Virus record (IMG/VR): IMGVR_UViG_3300021197_001653
Span: 40,435-104,434 of that record
Origin: a virus
Strand: one strand, 5' to 3'
DNA: 64,000 nucleotides
In this document: in pieces, positions 59,576-64,000 of the stretch
Layout: each line of letters starts with the position of its first letter
Position numbering within the stretch: the stretch's first letter is position 1
Translations under genes and position numbers: made by a program
Notes under the pieces: model-generated
Databases searched by the model: none
What the model was told of the DNA's origin: nothing
What the model saw: only the letters and a program-made list of their open reading frames with translations

Positions 59576-59899
59576 TTAACTAACCACGCCGTTTTTAGGT
59601 GATAAACCAAAATCATGAACTAATTCTCTTTTATTTTTAGCAGCTATTGCATTAAAGATAGTAGTGATTGATTCTCTTAAATTAACATTTTTGTCTATAA
59701 CAAAATTTCTAATACCTCTTTTATTCTTTCCAATTCTAGCTTCAGTAATAATTCTACCTCTAGCTTTATTAAATTGATTTTTTTTACTACATAAAGCTAT
59801 TGATACTGTAGCAGTACTTTCATCTTTACTTGTTACTAACCCCATAGTAAATTTATGATTACTTCTTGTTGTTCCGTGTTTAAAAATTACATCACTCAT
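59576..59899 (-). CDS. Hypothetical phage protein
   Basis: A.CS....F.K..GR....R motif common in phage ORFs. Confidence 0.6.
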   Translation of the reverse strand: MSDVIFKHGTTRSNHKFTMGLVTSKDESTATVSIALCSKKNQFNKARGRIITEARIGKNKRGIRNFVIDKNVNLRESITTIFNAIAAKNKRELVHDFGLSPKNGVVS

Positions 59900-59929
59900 G
59901 ATATTTCTATTTTAATTGTTTAATTTAAT

Positions 59930-60157
59930 TTATGTTCCGTATTCAAGTTTTAAATGTTCATCTAATGCAATATCTAATTGGTTATCTAAATGAGCATATT
60001 CTACATCTGTAAAAGGTTCTTTTTTATGAAGTATTGTAAAATCTTCAACCAGTATCATTACATCATCTGATGACATTGTACTCATTATTAAACGTTCTAT
60101 TAATAATAAATTTGATAAATCATCAGTAGTATAATCAATATCTTTTATATAACTCAT
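59930..60157 (-). CDS. Hypothetical acidic protein
   Basis: 75-aa ORF. Confidence 0.5.
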   Translation of the reverse strand: MSYIKDIDYTTDDLSNLLLIERLIMSTMSSDDVMILVEDFTILHKKEPFTDVEYAHLDNQLDIALDEHLKLEYGT

Positions 60158-60445
60158 AATTATGTATTCTTTTTTTTAATGTTTTTAAAGCATTATAATA
60201 TATTACATTATACATACATATTAAAACAATATTAACTTTCTTTAAAGCTTATTTAAAATGTCTTATAAGGGTATGTGAAAGCTCCTCAGCTTAACCTGTT
60301 AGGAGCACGTTCACAAAAATATTTTTAAATAGCTATACAAATAAATATATATATAATATTATATAATATATATACTATTTCTTTTGTTACTTTTCTTTGT
60401 TGGTGTTATTAGTATAAAAATAATTATACATTATAACTAAATATA

Positions 60446-60592
60446 TTATATTACATCACGTAATAAATTGTGCCTAATATGAGCACCTAATTCATTATCA
60501 TTTGGAAACTTTTTAGCTATTTGCTTTAAGCGACTTAATGATATATCTTCCTTTACTTTTGAATGAGTCTGGTGTATTTTATTTTTCTCCAT
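60446..60592 (-). CDS. Small hypothetical protein (48 aa)
   Basis: Hand translation MEKNKIHQ...IAKKFPNDNELGAHIRHNLLRDVI (PND.ELG..IR motif). Confidence 0.55.
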   Translation of the reverse strand: MEKNKIHQTHSKVKEDISLSRLKQIAKKFPNDNELGAHIRHNLLRDVI

Positions 60593-60620
60593 TTCTTAAT
60601 TATTAATTGTTTATTTTTAT

Positions 60621-60652
60621 AAAAAATAAGGGGATAGAATTACCCCCTTATT
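60621..60652 (-). terminator. Intrinsic terminator
   Basis: AATAAGGGGG-loop-TCCCCTTATT-T-run on the minus strand. Confidence 0.7.
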
Positions 60653-60697
60653 CTACGACAGCTAAAAACACAGGTGTTTAACACCCATTATTTAAAT

Positions 60698-61057
60698 TTA
60701 TACGTTTAAAGTTATTGTTGGATCTTTTTTTTCAGGATTTAAAATATTTCTAAAATCATCAAGAACCATTGCAATTATTATTTCTCTATACTCAGGTGTC
60801 ATTTCTGACCAATGAATACAATGTATTGCTCTATATATATCTAATCTATCTTGCGGTATAATAATATTAGATACTTTTGCACATTCATTAACAGTACATA
60901 AACTAAACCATTTATCTACTTTTAACATATTTTGCAAAGCATGTGCTGTAGTTTGTTTTTGTATATTAATACTATTTTGTTTTAATATATTATCTACATT
61001 ATTGTATAATCTATCAAAACTATTAGATTTTATTAATTGTAATCCAAATGCTTTCAT
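60698..61057 (-). CDS. Hypothetical phage protein
   Basis: FSLCTV..C...HCIHWSEM motif. Confidence 0.6.
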   Translation of the reverse strand: MKAFGLQLIKSNSFDRLYNNVDNILKQNSINIQKQTTAHALQNMLKVDKWFSLCTVNECAKVSNIIIPQDRLDIYRAIHCIHWSEMTPEYREIIIAMVLDDFRNILNPEKKDPTITLNV

Positions 61058-61059
61058 TA

Positions 61060-61494
61060 TTAATATCTTTTAGTTCTATGTTCAAATATATTTAACTTAA
61101 TTGTATTTTTAATTAATTTTGGCCTATAGTTACTTCTTGGTGCATACATTGCTTGAATACCATGTGGTAGACTATATGTAAATTTAATTGTTAACTTGTC
61201 TAAATCAATTGTAGTTATTATACCATCTTTAACATCCTTAATGAATTGTTGTGGTATAGCAGGTAAACCTCCCATTCTATCATCATTAGTGGCAACTACT
61301 TTATGTAATTGTTTATTTGACATGAATGTATTTAATCTAGATATATCTTTAGAGTTTTTAACACATTGACATAACTGATTGTTATTTTTCCAAATATAGT
61401 AATCTTTATCTATTAGTTTAGATGTAATTAAAATATAATGCAATCCGTTAATTGTTAATAACTTACAAGGTCTATTTAATTTAGTTGATTCCAT
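61060..61494 (-). CDS. Hypothetical Bacteroidota-phage protein
   Basis: KVVAT.D...LPAIPQQFI motif. Confidence 0.6.
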   Translation of the reverse strand: MESTKLNRPCKLLTINGLHYILITSKLIDKDYYIWKNNNQLCQCVKNSKDISRLNTFMSNKQLHKVVATNDDRMGGLPAIPQQFIKDVKDGIITTIDLDKLTIKFTYSLPHGIQAMYAPRSNYRPKLIKNTIKLNIFEHRTKRY

Positions 61495-61518
61495 TATTTT
61501 TATTTTTTAAAGGGTGAA

Positions 61519-61553
61519 AAAAAGTCTTAATACTAATAATATTAAGACTTTTT
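61519..61553. terminator. Perfect inverted repeat, possible bidirectional terminator
   Basis: AAAAAGTCTTAATA-loop-TATTAAGACTTTTT. Confidence 0.6.
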
Positions 61554-61678
61554 ATAATTTGATCTTATTTTATTTTTTTTAATTATTATATATAATTACT
61601 TATACTGGATCTTTATTCCTGTACATATTGGCTAGATTTAAAAATTTATAATAAATGTTGATATTTTTTAAGGTTTTT

Positions 61679-61712
61679 AAAAAAATAAAGGGTAAATTAC
61701 TCTACCCCTTAT
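61679..61712 (-). terminator. Intrinsic terminator
   Basis: TAAGGGGTA-loop-TACCCTTTA-T-run on the minus strand. Confidence 0.65.
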
Positions 61713-61760
61713 TATACTACTAATAAGTAGTTTTTTGCCGACCCACTTACCTCCCTTATA

Positions 61761-62123
61761 TTATTCTGATACCGCAATACTAAGTATTATTACTAATACT
61801 AAAAGTATAATTACAAATATCATAACAGTGTAAAAAATACCACTATAATTATCTATTTTATATTCTATTTTATTAGTGGTGGGGTTTATTAATAATATAT
61901 CTTTATACTTTGTTATATATGTTTTATATACAATAGTATCTTTCTGAATATAATTTAGATCTTTTCTTGATAATACATCACTATAACTTTTTACTTCTTT
62001 TGTAATTACTTGTAAATTTTTATTAACACTTTTTGTCGTTATCACATTATCAGATACTATATTACTATTTGAACATGATAATGTTGTTAATGATATAATA
62101 ATAATTAATATATATTTTTTCAT
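61761..62123 (-). CDS. Putative lipoprotein with C-terminal TM helix
   Basis: Lipobox TLSC and a hydrophobic C-terminus. Confidence 0.6.
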   Translation of the reverse strand: MKKYILIIIISLTTLSCSNSNIVSDNVITTKSVNKNLQVITKEVKSYSDVLSRKDLNYIQKDTIVYKTYITKYKDILLINPTTNKIEYKIDNYSGIFYTVMIFVIILLVLVIILSIAVSE

Positions 62124-62126
62124 TGT

Positions 62127-62888
62127 TTATTTAATTAAAGTTCTTATTCTACTATCATCAGCTACTTTATCCCAAGCTGTTACCACAACACCATATACTT
62201 TACCACCAAAATTAAATGGTGCTATAATAATAGGATCTAATGGTTCAGGTCTTGGTGATTTAAGTTCTGGCATGTCTTTTTTTGTCTCTACAGGTTTAGC
62301 TTCATTTCCAATTTTAACAATTGATTTACCTTTAAAATCAAAATGACTTAATGGTGCTACAATATTAAAATAATTAGCTAAATTAACATCCATTATAGCT
62401 TCATGTTTACTATTTTTATCAAACATAAAATTATTTGCTTTTGGGAATGTAACACGTTCAGTCATATTTTCAGCTATTGTGCCTAAATGTGACTTAAATG
62501 ATTCTAATTCATTAATGTTTTCTTCTTCAATCGCTTTATCATAAAATGATAATGATGATATAATTAAATTATATTCATTACAAATATCATTTAATACATT
62601 ATAATTTACAACTACAAATGGAAAGAATAACTCAGTCAACATTGATAATGCTTGTTTCATAGCAAATGCACGTTGAGACTTTTCATTCTTTTCTTGAATC
62701 TCAGCGTTATTATACCTAACTTTCTCAATTGCTTTTTTAGTAACATTTTTAATACCAAAACTATCTAGTTTATCTTCAAAATTTGTAACTTCTTCAACTA
62801 TAACAGTCTTTTTCTCTGTAACTGGTCCATTTAATAATAATACATCAGGTTTAATTTTTTGTTTTTTTACTTTATCTACGATATTCAT
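62127..62888 (-). CDS. Conserved hypothetical phage protein
   Basis: IVAP..HF, DPIIIAP...VVVTAWD motifs. Confidence 0.6.
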   Translation of the reverse strand: MNIVDKVKKQKIKPDVLLLNGPVTEKKTVIVEEVTNFEDKLDSFGIKNVTKKAIEKVRYNNAEIQEKNEKSQRAFAMKQALSMLTELFFPFVVVNYNVLNDICNEYNLIISSLSFYDKAIEEENINELESFKSHLGTIAENMTERVTFPKANNFMFDKNSKHEAIMDVNLANYFNIVAPLSHFDFKGKSIVKIGNEAKPVETKKDMPELKSPRPEPLDPIIIAPFNFGGKVYGVVVTAWDKVADDSRIRTLIK

Positions 62889-63373
62889 GATAATTGTTTT
62901 TTATGTTGTTTTTTTAAATTCTTTATTCTAGTATTATATTCATTATTAATATAACAATATTTAACAATACTTTTTCTTATATTTAAAGCACCGTTCCATC
63001 CATTTCTGGCACTATAATCTTCTACGGCATTAAAATTTAACAAAACCAGTCCTATAAATCCTATTATACCAAAGACTATAACACTTGTATCTATCCAACC
63101 CTTACTAATTTCAGTTGTTGGAAGCCATGCTAAATAGTTATAATATGCAAAAAATATTATTAAATGTATTAATACATGTATAATAACAGAAACAACTGTT
63201 CCTTTTTGTAAAGCATTTAACATATCTTGGCTAAAACTATAATTTCTAGAATTTTGACTTTCTATTTTACAACAATTAAGTGAGTCAACTATTGTACATA
63301 TACCAACGAATGTAAATATCCCACTAAATACATATAATATTATTTTTAACCCTTCTAAGTTTTCTACTGTCAT
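62885..63373 (-). CDS. Membrane protein (3 TM)
   Basis: Hydrophobic helices. Confidence 0.6.
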   Translation of the reverse strand: MTVENLEGLKIILYVFSGIFTFVGICTIVDSLNCCKIESQNSRNYSFSQDMLNALQKGTVVSVIIHVLIHLIIFFAYYNYLAWLPTTEISKGWIDTSVIVFGIIGFIGLVLLNFNAVEDYSARNGWNGALNIRKSIVKYCYINNEYNTRIKNLKKQHKKQLS

Positions 63374-63384
63374 AATTATATAGT

Positions 63385-63897
63385 TTAAATTAAATTCATT
63401 ATTTCTTTAATAGCATACCATTCTGGTACAAATATATGTGTTAACGCAGTAGATAACGTTAATAAACCAATTATAAATATAATTCCGCCCACTATTAAAT
63501 ATATAAAACCATATGTATTATTTTCAGTAATGTATTCTTTTGGTAATTCTTTTACGTATCTTATTTTTTTAAAACGTATTGTAGATAATATTAATAATAT
63601 AATACCTATTATAAATGGTAATAAATATGCAACACCTTCAATGAATTTTAATTTAACTATAATAGCAAATCCTTCTTCTGCCATTGGTGTTACTTTATCA
63701 ATAGTATTATTAAAACCATCGATTATTTTATCGGAATATTTATCTATAATCCTTTCAGTTTGTGTTGTTGTAATATCGTTTTTCTTTTCTTGAGCATTTA
63801 ATGTTAACCCAAGTATTACAAATATTGTAAATAGTAATTGTTTCATTTTTTTTAATTTAAATTTATACTGTCTCTTAAAATAATTATAATAATCCAT
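63385..63897 (-). CDS. Secreted/membrane protein
   Basis: Signal peptide from MKQLLF...LNAQ (start probably near 63846), two TM helices, C-terminal PEWYAIK. Confidence 0.6.
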   Translation of the reverse strand: MDYYNYFKRQYKFKLKKMKQLLFTIFVILGLTLNAQEKKNDITTTQTERIIDKYSDKIIDGFNNTIDKVTPMAEEGFAIIVKLKFIEGVAYLLPFIIGIILLILSTIRFKKIRYVKELPKEYITENNTYGFIYLIVGGIIFIIGLLTLSTALTHIFVPEWYAIKEIMNLI

Positions 63898-63931
63898 ATA
63901 TTAAATATAGGGATTATACTAAATATAATAG

Positions 63932-63962
63932 CAAAGATAAATGTTTTTTTATCATATCCATA
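63932..63962 (-). promoter_or_regulatory. Probable Bacteroidota-type promoter
   Basis: TATG-N19-TATCTTTG on the minus strand (-7 box exact, -33 box one mismatch). Confidence 0.45.
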
Positions 63963-64000
63963 TTGGAACTTTTTTATTGTACACATTAATAATATTTATC

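Noticed and set aside
60652-61760. Short GC-richer intergenic pieces (60652-60695, 61720-61760) as ncRNAs
   Set aside because: Only tiny hairpins upstream of terminators, with no recognisable family or repeat.
28308-63793. Short plus-strand ORFs in the replication block (e.g. 36399-36770, 49820-50062, 63530-63793)
   Set aside because: Antisense to well-supported minus-strand genes.
1-64000. Stop-codon reassignment as seen in some crAss-like phages
   Set aside because: Long genes are intact under code 11, TAG and TGA end real genes (e.g. 23093, 53083), and no suppressor tRNA is seen.

Overview
AT-rich segment of a crAss-like (Crassvirales-type) phage genome, most likely infecting a Flavobacteriia/Bacteroidota host (TTTG-N20-TAnnTTTG promoter, Flavobacterium-type RNR). 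The standard genetic code fits. Plus strand 1-23.1 kb: tail stabilisation protein, three virion cargo/ejection proteins, a 2140-aa virion RNA polymerase (DFDID motif) and a 1797-aa zincin-containing protein. A bidirectional terminator at about 23.1 kb separates these from a minus-strand block (23.2-64 kb) of replication and metabolism genes. That block holds PolB, DnaB, primase, SSB, Sak4-like ATPase, SF2 helicase, class Id-type RNR, dUTPase, nucleases, a phiEco32-like amidoligase/ATP-grasp/GATase/GGCT cluster, a NARP1-like NAD+ reconstitution pair, a tRNA(CAU) and many small hypothetical genes. Main discovery: dnaB is split inside its Walker A motif (G|KT) by a 3,574-nt group I intron (51654-55227, minus strand). 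Its ribozyme elements (P1, P2, P4-P9.2, omega-G) lie mainly in the short spacers between five cargo genes, none of which resembles a homing endonuclease. A sixth ORF reads through the catalytic core. All calls come from manual motif reading; no searches were run.
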